Virus record (IMG/VR): IMGVR_UViG_3300038797_000105
Location: 1-55,300 of that record
Origin: a virus
Taxonomy: Duplodnaviria > Caudoviricetes
Length of the DNA: 55,300 nucleotides
Direction: 5' to 3' (one strand)
Below, piece by piece: positions 6,681 to 17,246 of this stretch (the first letter of the stretch is position 1; every line of letters begins with the position of its first letter). The notes below the pieces were generated by a model. That model was not told the origin of the DNA, did not search any database, and worked only from the letters and a program-made list of their open reading frames with translations. Both the position numbers and the translations under genes were made by a program.

Positions 6681-8933
6681 TTAAGGGTTCAGAACTGCCA
6701 GCGCGCTTACGGCATCCGCGCGGCGGATTCGGTCGCCGTCCAGGTAGCGAGTGGAAGCAACAAATCCGGCCTTCACATCTACTGGCCCCCACGAGTATCC
6801 ACCGCGCCACTGGTAGCGCTCGCCTGCGGCAAGAGCGATGTAGTTCGGCGTGGTCGGGTTACGGACCAGCGGCCTGTTATATGCGGTGGTGTATTGCTTG
6901 GTCGATCCATCGCCGCCGCCCCGGATCATCCCACGCACAGGATCAACCTGACGGCTTTTCGCAATGCCGTACTCGCGGTCAATCCAAGCCGTCAATTGGC
7001 CATTGACGCTCGTCGTGATCACGGCCCACGCGTCGGGGTAGTCGATCGCGTTTCCAGAGTTAACCTTTCCATCCCAGTCGATAGGCTCGGGAAACTGGCC
7101 GCCGAGGTAGAACAGCTTGTCGTTCACGTTCGTAGTAACGATCTGACATGCATAGTCGATATACAGCTGCAGGTCTTCCAGCGCTAGGTAATCGACGTGG
7201 ACATTTGCTGCTCCCGGTACGAAGTCCACCTGCAGGCTCTGAAGCAGGCAGTAACGGTTTAGGCTGACGGTGTTGTTGGCCATCAGCTTGTTGACCACGT
7301 AACAGACAAGCTTGTCAGCCGTTCCGGAGTCGCCGGCCTTAAGCGGTACGCCATCCGCTTCCATCACGAACGAGACACTCTGCGCGGTCTTCAGATCGTT
7401 TACGAGATGATTGCCCCCCGTAAACTCCAGCGGGATTCTCCCGTCGCCATTATTTGCAGCCTCGAACGTGACCGGCGGAAGCCAATCGGTAGTACTTGTC
7501 ACCGTGACTCCACCATTCCTCAATGCCTGGATGAAGTTTGCCAGGTTGTTCGCGCCATTCAGTCCAAACTTGAATCCGCGAGTTCCAACTCCGTCCGGCC
7601 AGCTCAGATTGACGCTGCTAGCGGTCGCATCCACTTCATAGGTGATCCGAGAGCTGCCAGAGCTCGGAGCAGACAACGGCCACTCATAGCACGCGGGATC
7701 AATGACCTGTGAGTAGCCGTTCTGCGGGACGAAGTTCATCCCGTACTGCAATCCATAGGTCTGCAGCTTCGAAGCGTCCAGTGTGACCTCAATCCGGACG
7801 TCTGATTTGGTTTTGAGCAGGATCGTTTGAATGCCGAGCGTGCGGTCGATCGTAGGCTGTACATCGGTCAAGGTGGCAATGGTGGTCGCCGCACTGATGA
7901 TCGAGGCGTCGTAGCCGACAATGTCGACTTCCTCAATGATCCAGTTATCGGCAGCGGGAACCACATCGGCGTTGCCGTTCTGGAAGTAGCGCAGGCCGTA
8001 GTACTTGCCACGCTTAGCGTTGATCACCCGAGCATGCAGAATAACGAGCGTCTGCAGCTTGTTCGGCGCTGACACCCCACCGCCTCGGCTCGTCGACCTG
8101 AACGGCGCCAGCTGCCCAGAGTTGATGCTGATCGAGCTTGCGCTTTCGCTCTTCGCCGGGATGTACCGGCTTGGGTCGATGATATAGCTGTAACCTGGCT
8201 GCTCAGAGCTGTTCGCCGCGATCGGTGTACCTAACGCCGGTAGCTCAGCAGTATCAAGCGAAATCAGAACGCGAAGGTCGCTGACAACGGAGCTCGACAG
8301 AAGAACCGACTGGATACCATCTCGAGTGATGGTCGGCGTGGTCGCGTCTGTGATGTCGATCACGCTGGTTGCCGCGTTCGCCGCCGTCGCGTAGTTGGCT
8401 TGATCGATCTCTTCGATTCGCCAACCGTCGGGCTTGGCACCTGCCACTTGTGAGTTGCCGTTCACGTAATACGCGAGACGGTAGTACTTGCCGGCTCGCG
8501 CGCCGATGATGCAGATGTTTAGGATTGCCTTGCTGAATGCGGTGGGCTCAGCGCTGGTAACCCCGTTGCGAGTCATCTTGCGCAGCGGATAGACCTTGCC
8601 GCGGTTGATGGTCAGGGAATCCGAGTTCCAGGAAAGAATTGAAGAGATCTCGACAGCCACTCCGGCGTCATTTCGATAGCGCGTCTCTGCCTTATCGCCC
8701 GTCGCCGGCACCGTGAAGAAACGGTTGTTCGTGCCTGTTCCGCTGGTGGCGGTGAGGCCTGCCGCGACCGTTGTGTACACGCCCATGCTCGCGAGGAATT
8801 CGGCATAGATCTTTTTCAGCGTCGGCTTGGTGATGCCGTTGATGGTGACGAAGTCCTCGTCGGACAGAAACAGCGTGCTGCCAAGGGCGACAAGCTGGTT
8901 GAACAGCTGCAGAGATTCTGCGCCGGTGGCCAT
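6681..8933 (-). CDS. Tail fiber/spike receptor-binding protein with internal duplicated domain
   Basis: 750 aa, follows central tail protein, beta-rich. Confidence 0.7.
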   Translation of the reverse strand: MATGAESLQLFNQLVALGSTLFLSDEDFVTINGITKPTLKKIYAEFLASMGVYTTVAAGLTATSGTGTNNRFFTVPATGDKAETRYRNDAGVAVEISSILSWNSDSLTINRGKVYPLRKMTRNGVTSAEPTAFSKAILNICIIGARAGKYYRLAYYVNGNSQVAGAKPDGWRIEEIDQANYATAANAATSVIDITDATTPTITRDGIQSVLLSSSVVSDLRVLISLDTAELPALGTPIAANSSEQPGYSYIIDPSRYIPAKSESASSISINSGQLAPFRSTSRGGGVSAPNKLQTLVILHARVINAKRGKYYGLRYFQNGNADVVPAADNWIIEEVDIVGYDASIISAATTIATLTDVQPTIDRTLGIQTILLKTKSDVRIEVTLDASKLQTYGLQYGMNFVPQNGYSQVIDPACYEWPLSAPSSGSSRITYEVDATASSVNLSWPDGVGTRGFKFGLNGANNLANFIQALRNGGVTVTSTTDWLPPVTFEAANNGDGRIPLEFTGGNHLVNDLKTAQSVSFVMEADGVPLKAGDSGTADKLVCYVVNKLMANNTVSLNRYCLLQSLQVDFVPGAANVHVDYLALEDLQLYIDYACQIVTTNVNDKLFYLGGQFPEPIDWDGKVNSGNAIDYPDAWAVITTSVNGQLTAWIDREYGIAKSRQVDPVRGMIRGGGDGSTKQYTTAYNRPLVRNPTTPNYIALAAGERYQWRGGYSWGPVDVKAGFVASTRYLDGDRIRRADAVSALAVLNP

Positions 8934-8950
8934 AGTTCTTCCTCTTCAAA

Positions 8951-8964
8951 TCCCTGAACAGGGA
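8951..8964. promoter_or_regulatory. TCCCT-N4-AGGGA palindrome
   Basis: TCCCTGAACAGGGA; same motif at 35968 and 35994. Confidence 0.4.
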
Positions 8965-8974
8965 CTGGTCTTAA

Positions 8975-11900
8975 TCAGGCGGGCGTCTGGTCGTCGTAGG
9001 TGTAAACGCGGGTGTCGTAGGGCATGCCTTTCATTGCAACTGCACCGTCTCTACCTGGGTCAGAGCTGGTGATGAGAACCGGGTATGCCCAGCGAGGCGC
9101 GGGGCCGAACAGGATGTGCGGCGGCTCTAGCGAGCCATCGGTCAAGGGTGTGAAGCCCAGGGCATCGACCCTGACCACGTACTCGTTCACCTGAGTGGCG
9201 GTGAATGGCCCGGCCAGCGTGCCGTCAAGCTTGCGCACGCCTACCAGGTGCTCGCCTCCGGCTGCCCAGTTGTACGGCTCGGACGAGTGCAAATAGGTGC
9301 CGAGGTCAGTCACTTGGAAGTCGAGCAGGATGGCGCTCTGGCAACGCTTCGGCGCGTCATCAGCCACGGCGGCAAAGCTCAGGTAGCCGCTGTTGCTGCC
9401 GTCCATCTCGGTTTCCCAGGTGTACACGTCAGTGCGGAACTTCTGATGCCCGCGCCGGCGCATGCCGAACCGCCAGGCACGGGTCTTGTCGCTGAACCCC
9501 GGCATCTTGATCTTCTCGACCTTGGTACCCAGATCCCCCGGCCATCGGCACTCGACCGTTTCCCACGCCCAGGTGCTGCGTGAGAAGTACTCCACATCCA
9601 CGCCGTCGAAGTCGTTGATCGACGGCATGGCGCCGCTGATCTTCAGCATCTTGGTCATGTTCTGTGGTGAGTAGGTCTGCGTTTTTGGGCCGTAGGAGAC
9701 GTCGAATGCAGCCCGCGCACCGTCCCGAACCGGGCGCAACAGGCCCCGGAATGTCACCAGTTCGCCAAAGCCACAGGCCAGGGCGTTGTTGATCATGTCC
9801 TTGACCGTGATCGTGGAGTCGAGCGTCTCGTCGTAGGTGTCGCCGCGCGCAACGCAGATATCGTGGAAGGCCTGCCATTCAGGCAAGTCCAAGTCATCGT
9901 CGGTGTAGCCGCGCTGCTTCAGCTGGTAGATGCACCACGGAACGATGTCGCGGGTTGGCCCGGTACCGCCATCCATCAGCGGCAGAACTCGCGTAGCCTC
10001 GACACTGATTTGGCTTTCCGACTGAGCCGACAGACGATCCCCGCCACGAATGTTGCAGGTCATGACCGTCAGCCCAGGGTAACTGGTCGGCGAGTTCTGC
10101 ATGCGGCCGCGCAACGCGGTCCATGTCGCATCATCCCGAGCTTCTTCGTTTACGCGGCCAGGGCGATCAACATACAGCTCTCGAATCCTGCACTCTGGGC
10201 GCATTGGATACGGCGGTGTCGTTCGGTTGGTGAAGCCCTGTGCATCAAGAGAGCCGCCGGTGTGTGCCTTCTCAATGACGGTCCAATCACCAGCTACATC
10301 CATGTCGCGGTATTCGAACACATGGTACGCGGTGACCTCGTAGATCTGGCCCTCTCGACCAATGCCGCACAATCCGTTGGCAAACGTGACCGTCCACTCG
10401 ATCTCGGTGACCTTCTCACCCTCTGGACAACAGGCAACCGGCCCGCGATAGCCGCCCTGCAGGTTCGATGGATCCAGCGTGATCAGGCCATTCACCGTCT
10501 GCATGGCGTTGAAGCCTGGCCATCCGGTGTCGGCAGCCCCTGAAGAGGCTAGGCGCTCGACCTCGAGCAGGCTGGCACTGAAGGCTGTGATCCGATACCG
10601 CAGGCCACGCGGTCCGATGGTTGCCAGGCCCTGGCCCAGCGCCAAGCCGACCACTGGCGAGCCGCCGTCGTAGTCTAGAGTCATCTCGGCTGGCTGCTCC
10701 GGGATGGCACTGGTGGTGGCCGTGCCGGTGACGCCCACTGGCGAGGCGCCCAAGATAGTCGTCGCGCCAGTTGCGGTGATGGCCTGGCCGGCGAACGGTG
10801 TCAGCTCGACAATGCGCAGCACACTGCCGCTCACTTGCGCCTGGAACGGCTTACCGCTGAACTGCGTATTGAGCGCCGATACCAGCCCGGACAGGTTGGT
10901 AGTCGCGGTGTTCAGCGTGATCGGGTAGCTAGTCGCGCCGCGGAACAAGGTGAAGCTCAGCGGGGTGACGTTGAAGTCGTACCGGGTTGGCGCCGCTGAA
11001 CCGGTCAGCATCGATGCCGTGCCAGGGTTGGCCGGCACTGCAGGACTGTATGGCGTGTAGCTGTGCACGACGTACAGGCCAGCATTCGCACCGGCCACCT
11101 CAATCAGCATGCCTGGCACGGGATTGAGCATCTCAAGCGGGCCACGAATGATGTCACGCCCCGCGCCGCCGTCGATCACCGTGTAGGCGTACGGGGCAAG
11201 CGCGCGGATGATGATCCCGTTCGACCAGTCGTCCGGGAACTGGCCGGAGCCGCCCGGAACGCTGATAGTTTTACCAGCGAACTGATACGCCGAAGCTGTG
11301 GCGGACCGGGTAATGTCGGTGGCCACGGTCAATTCCAGACCAGCAGAGCCGCTGGAACTGGCCCCGACCTCTGGTGCATTGAACCAATTGATATGAGCCG
11401 GATCGGCGCTCAGGTCGGCCCCTGGCGGGTAGATGGTGAAGGTTGCGTCAGCACCAAGAGATATGAGGGGAGTTTCGCCAACCTTCACCTTCGCCAGCGG
11501 GATGTCGTATTCGCCCTCGCCTATGTACAGCAGCATCTCCACACGCAAGTCTCGCGGTGCGACATGGGCGCTACGCGGCTGTGCGAGGTAGGAGCCATAG
11601 GTGCGCTGATGGCCGGCGATCTGTCGCACCGGGTCGCCCAGCTTGACCTTGTTGCCCTTTGCGCTTGCGTCCATCAGCGGGTCGCCCTGCTGCGTGCCCG
11701 CACTGGACGGCATGCCAGGCATCTTGGGCATAACCAGCTTGGCGAATGCCTTCACCCCAGCAAAAAGGGTGAACCCCATGAAGGCCTGCTCCAGACCTTT
11801 CGGCTCCCGATAGATCTGCAACAAGTCGACAGGCTTGAATTTCACCTTGTGCCACAGGTGCTGCTCGATCACCTCATCGTTCAGTACCACGCTGATTGGC

Positions 11901-12031
11901 GGGCTCTCGCGGCGCTCATACGAAGGCGCCAAAGATTTCAGCCACTCTTCGATGGTGATTCGGCGGTCGGTCTTCCACATGCCCATTGGAGCAGTGTTAG
12001 ACATCTTGTTCGGATAGAACTCGACGGTCAT
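8975..12031 (-). CDS. Central tail fiber / host-specificity TipJ-like protein
   Basis: 1018 aa, position after NlpC/P60 gene, DGVDVEY motif. Confidence 0.8.
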   Translation of the reverse strand: MTVEFYPNKMSNTAPMGMWKTDRRITIEEWLKSLAPSYERRESPPISVVLNDEVIEQHLWHKVKFKPVDLLQIYREPKGLEQAFMGFTLFAGVKAFAKLVMPKMPGMPSSAGTQQGDPLMDASAKGNKVKLGDPVRQIAGHQRTYGSYLAQPRSAHVAPRDLRVEMLLYIGEGEYDIPLAKVKVGETPLISLGADATFTIYPPGADLSADPAHINWFNAPEVGASSSGSAGLELTVATDITRSATASAYQFAGKTISVPGGSGQFPDDWSNGIIIRALAPYAYTVIDGGAGRDIIRGPLEMLNPVPGMLIEVAGANAGLYVVHSYTPYSPAVPANPGTASMLTGSAAPTRYDFNVTPLSFTLFRGATSYPITLNTATTNLSGLVSALNTQFSGKPFQAQVSGSVLRIVELTPFAGQAITATGATTILGASPVGVTGTATTSAIPEQPAEMTLDYDGGSPVVGLALGQGLATIGPRGLRYRITAFSASLLEVERLASSGAADTGWPGFNAMQTVNGLITLDPSNLQGGYRGPVACCPEGEKVTEIEWTVTFANGLCGIGREGQIYEVTAYHVFEYRDMDVAGDWTVIEKAHTGGSLDAQGFTNRTTPPYPMRPECRIRELYVDRPGRVNEEARDDATWTALRGRMQNSPTSYPGLTVMTCNIRGGDRLSAQSESQISVEATRVLPLMDGGTGPTRDIVPWCIYQLKQRGYTDDDLDLPEWQAFHDICVARGDTYDETLDSTITVKDMINNALACGFGELVTFRGLLRPVRDGARAAFDVSYGPKTQTYSPQNMTKMLKISGAMPSINDFDGVDVEYFSRSTWAWETVECRWPGDLGTKVEKIKMPGFSDKTRAWRFGMRRRGHQKFRTDVYTWETEMDGSNSGYLSFAAVADDAPKRCQSAILLDFQVTDLGTYLHSSEPYNWAAGGEHLVGVRKLDGTLAGPFTATQVNEYVVRVDALGFTPLTDGSLEPPHILFGPAPRWAYPVLITSSDPGRDGAVAMKGMPYDTRVYTYDDQTPA

Positions 12032-12405
12032 CGGTAGTACACCACCCTGGGATATGCGGCTTCAAAGTCGCCAGTTGTCCGGAGGCAGGCGCCGCCGGGG
12101 TTTGTGTCCAGCACCTTCAGCCGGTCTTCGCTGCGCACCACCACGCCTACATGCAGGCACAGCGCGCCGCGGAATACGGCGGCAATGGCCCCGGGTTCTG
12201 GCTGGCACTCCTCCATGCCTTGGCGCAGGTCGTGATAGGCCTCGGTGTTGGCCCTGAGCTTGTTCTTGCCCACGGCGCCAAGGCTTGGCAAAAGGGGAAG
12301 GCCGAACACCTCGTGACGCACAGCGATGCACAGCCCCCAGCAATCGAAGGCAATAGGACCCCTTGCACCCTCGCGATACGGGGCGCGCATGTATTTCTCG
12401 ATCAT
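12028..12405 (-). CDS. NlpC/P60 tail tip protein (gpK-like)
   Basis: FDCWGL and HVGVV motifs. Confidence 0.85.
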   Translation of the reverse strand: MIEKYMRAPYREGARGPIAFDCWGLCIAVRHEVFGLPLLPSLGAVGKNKLRANTEAYHDLRQGMEECQPEPGAIAAVFRGALCLHVGVVVRSEDRLKVLDTNPGGACLRTTGDFEAAYPRVVYYR

Positions 12406-12407
12406 GG

Positions 12408-12887
12408 TTAGGTGTACTTCAGGCCTGGTGCCAAAGTGGTGGTCAGAATGGTGCGCAGACCATTTGTGTTGAGCAGGTCGTAGAAGCCGGCGGTGAGCTT
12501 GGCCACGTCGTCTTCATACTCACGACTGAGCAGCGTCATGCGGTACCGCTCGCTCGGGAATGACAGATCCTCGGCCAGGTAACGCCGGAAGGTGATGATG
12601 AAGCGCTTGTCGGCCGCCTTGGCTGCCTCCACCACCTCCTGCACCTCGCCGGTCACGTTGTCCAGGCCCAGCACCAGGTTCTGGAACGCGCTGTTGTCGT
12701 TCTTGGGTAGGGCGTAGTCCATGGCCATCGCGATGAAGGTGAGCGTTCGGCCGTCCTCCGTTGTGCAGACCCTGTCCTCCCAGCCAGAGCAGTAGAGGTG
12801 GGATACGGTGCCGCCCTCCTCGCGCGCCTCGATGGTGTCGACCAGCTCTCCTCGGCCCGAGGCGTAACACTCCTCGATCAGGCTCAT
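12408..12887 (-). CDS. Tail tip protein (DUF1833/gpL-like)
   Basis: Synteny; LGLDNVTGE motif. Confidence 0.7.
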   Translation of the reverse strand: MSLIEECYASGRGELVDTIEAREEGGTVSHLYCSGWEDRVCTTEDGRTLTFIAMAMDYALPKNDNSAFQNLVLGLDNVTGEVQEVVEAAKAADKRFIITFRRYLAEDLSFPSERYRMTLLSREYEDDVAKLTAGFYDLLNTNGLRTILTTTLAPGLKYT

Positions 12888-13360
12888 AGGAAGTACCTCG
12901 TGTACCACTTGTCCAGGCTGCCAGAGAGCTGGCTGTTGAACTGATCGAGTGGCATGCCTACCGAAACACCGATGTACTGGTCTTCGGTCAGAACAGGCCG
13001 CTCTTTTAGCTGCATAACCGCCGAGTACCGCCAGCGGCTGACCTGGGTCAGGTCCGGCCCCTGGTAGATACCCTTGAAGTGCGCGGTGTAGGTCTTGAAC
13101 CCGACCGGCGTCTGCAAGGGCATCTCGAACCAGTCAAAGCCGTTGTTGATGGCCCAGACATACCAGCCCTCAAACAGCGCAGCCTCGGTCTCGCTGAAGT
13201 TGAAGTTGACCTTCACCTCGGTTGGAACGTACCGGTGCCTGACTCGATAACGGGTGCGCCCAGTGACCATCGGAGTGGCCCGCATCGGGTCAACCGTGCT
13301 TAGGCCATAGCCCTCCTGGAGGGGCAGTGGCAATTCTGCCGGGTACTGAATCATTGCCAC
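12884..13360 (-). CDS. Distal tail protein (gpM-like)
   Basis: Directly after tape measure; GxDWFEMPL motif. Confidence 0.7.
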   Translation of the reverse strand: MAMIQYPAELPLPLQEGYGLSTVDPMRATPMVTGRTRYRVRHRYVPTEVKVNFNFSETEAALFEGWYVWAINNGFDWFEMPLQTPVGFKTYTAHFKGIYQGPDLTQVSRWRYSAVMQLKERPVLTEDQYIGVSVGMPLDQFNSQLSGSLDKWYTRYFL

Positions 13361-13366
13361 TCCTCG

Positions 13367-16300
13367 TTATGAACCTGAGCGCCGGGCCCCGTATGCGCCA
13401 TCATAGGCATCCACGACATCGCCATACCCTGTCGCGAATTGATTGGCGACCTCTTCAACGGCACCTTTGACGGCGGCTTTGATGATCACGTCGACATCAC
13501 CATTTGGCTGCCTACGGGTCTCGACCTGGCTACCGTTTTGGTTGTAGATGTTGATGTTCTGTTGAATTCCGGGAGTTCCGCCCGATCCGGCCTGCATCGA
13601 GACAACCGACCCAGCCCCGCCGGCCACCGACACCCGCTCGTTAGAGTTGATCGCTTCGAGCAACTGCCGGTTGCGCTTGGTGGCCTTCGCGTTGACGACG
13701 AACTCGCCATTGCTGAGCCGGGCCGGGATGCTGTCAGACGTCCCTGTGCCAGAACCTGAGACATAGCCGCCGGTGGAAAACCCCTTGAACAGGGCGAACG
13801 CAGCCAGCAGAGCGGTACCGCCGACGATGGCCGCAGCGCCCAAAGTGCCCACGGACGCAACGAGTGCCGCGGGAAGCCATGCCGCCAGCGTGGTGCCTGC
13901 CGCTGCAACTTGAGCCGTCTCGACGGTGGCCGTCGCCGCCAGGCTGGATGCGGTGGCCACTCCATCAGCGGCAACCTTGGCCGACGCTACTGCTGCTGCG
14001 CCGGCAGTCTCCGCCGTGGTCACCGCCCCGACCTGGGCGATCTGCTGAGCCGCGACCGCCGCCGATGTCTGCCCGAACACCAGCTGCATCGCCTGGTTTA
14101 CGCCCCACTGCGCCGCCATCTGCCCTAGGGAGTTGATGACACTGCCGAACAGGCTGCGGGTGACATTCGAGACCGATTCGCCGAAGGTCTGGCCGTCCAG
14201 AGTCATGCTCTCGAAGGCGCTGCCGACACTGGATTGGATGCTGCCGAAGGCGCCGCTGAACAGGGCCTGCGTCTGGCCTGCCACGTTCGCCGCGCTCACC
14301 TGGAAGTTGGCGAGCGCTGCGTTCCAGCCATTCAACGGGCTGGAGATGGCCGCGTCGTACTGGGCGAACCCTGACTGCAATGCCTCCAGGCGCTTGGGCA
14401 GGTATTCCTGCTCCAGGTCGATCTGCGCCTGCAGCTCCTGCCGCTGCTTCTCCGTCGTGGCGTTGGCCAGTTCGGTACGCAATTGCAGGATGCGGTCAGT
14501 GGTCTGCTGCTCCAGCTGCACACGCTGCTGCATGCGCTGGGTCTGCTGGTCGCCCATACCCACGCCGGCGGCCGCGATGCTGTACTCGCTGCGCTGCCCC
14601 GCCAACTGCCGCTCCAACTGCGCCCGGTACTGCTCGGCCTGAGTGAGGCCTTGGGCGCCCTTGATGGCGGCGGCGTAGTTCAGCGAGGCCTGAGCCAGCG
14701 CCTTGCCGTATTCCTCCTGGCTGATCTTGCCCTTGCTCAATGCCAGGTCGAGCTGGGTTTGCTCTTTGGTAAGCGCGCGGGCGGCCTGGGCTGCTGGGTC
14801 ATACTGGCCATACAGGCGGGCGAAGGTGTTTTCCGCCTCAGCCACGCCACGGTTGACGTTCTTCGGTGCGTTCTTCTTCGCCTCGCGGGTCTTGATGTCC
14901 GCGATTTCCTGCTCGATGTTCTTGCGGGCCGTGGCGTAGTCGGCCTCTTCCTTGGCGCCGAAACCACCATTCTCCTTAGCTTTGTCTCTTATCCTATTGA
15001 GCTGTTCAAGCTCGTCATTCAGTCGCTGGGTTTGGGTGCGTGAATCTTTGGCAAATGCAGCTAGCTCTACCGAGCTCGCAATTGCGGCCTTGTTACTCTG
15101 GACCTGAGCCGACGCCACCTTTGCCCGTTCTTGCTGGGCATCAACTGCCTTCTGCGCTAGCTCAACCTGCTGTTCAAGTCCCTTGATAAGCGCCTTATCA
15201 CCGATCTCTCTGGCGGTTTGTAGCTGACTTTGCAGATGCTGCAGTTTGAACAGCTCAGGACTGGCTGACAGCCCGGTCTTGAGCTCATTCCAAGCACCTA
15301 CGATGCTCGTTTTAACCCCATCCCACGCCTTCGCTAACCCGCGAGTCGAGTCGATCATTTCCTTGTTGCGAGCATTCATTTCGTCAGCAACCGCACCTGA
15401 CAGGACACGAATAGCCTCCATTCGCTGCCCTTGACGCTCAAGGGAACGGACCTGGCTGTAAACAGCCTGGGTGATGACTCCGTACTTTTCGCTGTACTCC
15501 GCTGCCAGTTCGGAAACGCTACCTTTAGTTTTGGAAAGCTGATCGGCAATATCTGCTGAGCTCTTCCCAGTTGCTGCAGACAGCTCAGTCGCAGCCCTGG
15601 CAACTTCATCGAACACAGATCCAACCAGCCTGCCATTTCCCGCAAGAGCCATTACAGCCTGGTTTGCCTGCGTGAAATTTCGTCCACCTGCCAATGAAAG
15701 GGAAAGAGAGCTCAGTTGATCAGCGGTTTTTCCCGCCGCTTCGCCGGTCGAGATCAGGGCCTTGCGATAAGCCTCCGATTGCTCATAGCCCTTGTAGGCT
15801 GCGATAGCGAACACGCCGGCAGCTGATGCCGCCAGCGTAAATGGATTGACCAGTCCTAGAATGTAGCCCCCCATTGCTCTGGCAGCCGGACCGACGCCGC
15901 CGAACATGTCCTTGAGTTGTCCGCCCTGCTGAAGAAATACAGTTAGCGGCGCCTGTCCACCCTGGAGGCTGACTGCGATGTCAGTAAACTGAGCTGGCAA
16001 ACCCCTCAGGGCGGCCTGGTATGCCCGGGCTGACATTCCTGCCTTGTTCATTCCTTCAGCGGTGTTACCCAGGGCATCGCGCATCGTGTTGATACGCTGC
16101 GTGTACTCGACAAAGGTTTCACTCTCGACGATGCCCGCCTTCTTGAACTTGGCCAGCTTTTCCTGCATGTCGTCCAAGCGACCAAGCGCAGCAACAGTTG
16201 GGTTAATCTGCCCCAATAGCTGGGAAAGCTCTTTGCGCTGATCGTCGAGGCTTGAAGACAGGCCGTCAGCGCTCGACGCCGCACCTTCACCGGCGCGCTC

Positions 16301-16390
16301 CATGCGCTCAAGAGACCCTGTGAGGTCATCCGCATTGCGCTTCGCGCCCCGCGAGTCGATTGTTACCGCCAGGCGGGATTCCTGCGTCAT
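13367..16390 (-). CDS. Tail tape measure protein
   Basis: 1007 aa Ala-rich; AQFTDIAVSLQGGQ-LQQGGQLKDMFGG lambda-H motif. Confidence 0.93.
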   Translation of the reverse strand: MTQESRLAVTIDSRGAKRNADDLTGSLERMERAGEGAASSADGLSSSLDDQRKELSQLLGQINPTVAALGRLDDMQEKLAKFKKAGIVESETFVEYTQRINTMRDALGNTAEGMNKAGMSARAYQAALRGLPAQFTDIAVSLQGGQAPLTVFLQQGGQLKDMFGGVGPAARAMGGYILGLVNPFTLAASAAGVFAIAAYKGYEQSEAYRKALISTGEAAGKTADQLSSLSLSLAGGRNFTQANQAVMALAGNGRLVGSVFDEVARAATELSAATGKSSADIADQLSKTKGSVSELAAEYSEKYGVITQAVYSQVRSLERQGQRMEAIRVLSGAVADEMNARNKEMIDSTRGLAKAWDGVKTSIVGAWNELKTGLSASPELFKLQHLQSQLQTAREIGDKALIKGLEQQVELAQKAVDAQQERAKVASAQVQSNKAAIASSVELAAFAKDSRTQTQRLNDELEQLNRIRDKAKENGGFGAKEEADYATARKNIEQEIADIKTREAKKNAPKNVNRGVAEAENTFARLYGQYDPAAQAARALTKEQTQLDLALSKGKISQEEYGKALAQASLNYAAAIKGAQGLTQAEQYRAQLERQLAGQRSEYSIAAAGVGMGDQQTQRMQQRVQLEQQTTDRILQLRTELANATTEKQRQELQAQIDLEQEYLPKRLEALQSGFAQYDAAISSPLNGWNAALANFQVSAANVAGQTQALFSGAFGSIQSSVGSAFESMTLDGQTFGESVSNVTRSLFGSVINSLGQMAAQWGVNQAMQLVFGQTSAAVAAQQIAQVGAVTTAETAGAAAVASAKVAADGVATASSLAATATVETAQVAAAGTTLAAWLPAALVASVGTLGAAAIVGGTALLAAFALFKGFSTGGYVSGSGTGTSDSIPARLSNGEFVVNAKATKRNRQLLEAINSNERVSVAGGAGSVVSMQAGSGGTPGIQQNINIYNQNGSQVETRRQPNGDVDVIIKAAVKGAVEEVANQFATGYGDVVDAYDGAYGARRSGS

Positions 16391-16407
16391 ACCATTCTCC
16401 GGGCGTA

Positions 16408-16429
16408 AAAAAACCCGCCGAAGCGGGTC
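16408..16429 (-). terminator. Intrinsic terminator after lipoprotein moron
   Basis: ACCCGC-TTCG-GCGGGT followed by T run on minus strand. Confidence 0.7.
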
Positions 16430-16440
16430 TCAATTTATTT

Positions 16441-17214
16441 TCAGTAAATCCCTGGGTCGAAGCTTATTTTGTCAGTGAGCATGACACCCTTCTGGTCAAC
16501 AAGCCTTGCGCTTCCGATCTTGACCCTGAAGAACATGTGCTTCACTTCTCCCGCGTTTGGATTCTTTACTGTCGGGGAAGCATGTCGCACGCTTTCCCGA
16601 TAGAAAGGCCCTACTGGCGCGACCGTAACGCATAACTGAGTACCAGCTGCGCCTACTGTCGGCGCGCTCGCCGCAAGGAACGGATGAGGGAAAACCAGAC
16701 CGCCTGTGCGCATTGGATCAAGGACAAGATGCACGCTCTGTGCAAAGCGCACATCAACTATTGAGGTCGCGCCGAAGGCGTTCTGCCCCACGAACTCGCC
16801 CACCTTTTCACTGGTAAACTGAAATTCCAAACTTGGGAAGTTCACTCTTCCATCGCTGAACGTCTCGCCGTTGACTTCGCGATATCCAGCCACCTGCGCT
16901 TCGGAAAGAAATTCCTTATAAATGGTATTGCCAGTGCTCTGGTCAAATTTAAGGTAGTTTTCTGAGACCTTCTTGCATATCTCAAACGGAGGGAGCTTGC
17001 TCATCCGTGCTTGATAGTCGCTGTCCGTCTCGTATTTCCCCTGTCCACCACCAAGACTCTGAACTAGCCCAGAAAGCTCGGAAGCGGTCAGCTTCTTGGT
17101 AGGGGCAACTTGGTAGCCAGTGAATGGAGTGTATGCGGCTTCATGTGATCCTTGGCTTCCAGCGCACCCAATTAAGAGGCCAAAAACCCCAGCCAACGCT
17201 GTCTTTTTGAACAT
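16441..17214 (-). CDS. Lipoprotein moron in tail operon
   Basis: MFKK..LLIG-C lipobox, GGAGG RBS, lower GC. Confidence 0.75.
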   Translation of the reverse strand: MFKKTALAGVFGLLIGCAGSQGSHEAAYTPFTGYQVAPTKKLTASELSGLVQSLGGGQGKYETDSDYQARMSKLPPFEICKKVSENYLKFDQSTGNTIYKEFLSEAQVAGYREVNGETFSDGRVNFPSLEFQFTSEKVGEFVGQNAFGATSIVDVRFAQSVHLVLDPMRTGGLVFPHPFLAASAPTVGAAGTQLCVTVAPVGPFYRESVRHASPTVKNPNAGEVKHMFFRVKIGSARLVDQKGVMLTDKISFDPGIY

Positions 17215-17246
17215 TCCGATCCCTCCACTGGAAAAACAGGAATGTA

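Noticed and set aside
6681-12031. DGR or invertible tail-fiber shufflon
   Set aside because: No reverse transcriptase, no TR/VR nucleotide repeat, no invertase or inverted cassettes
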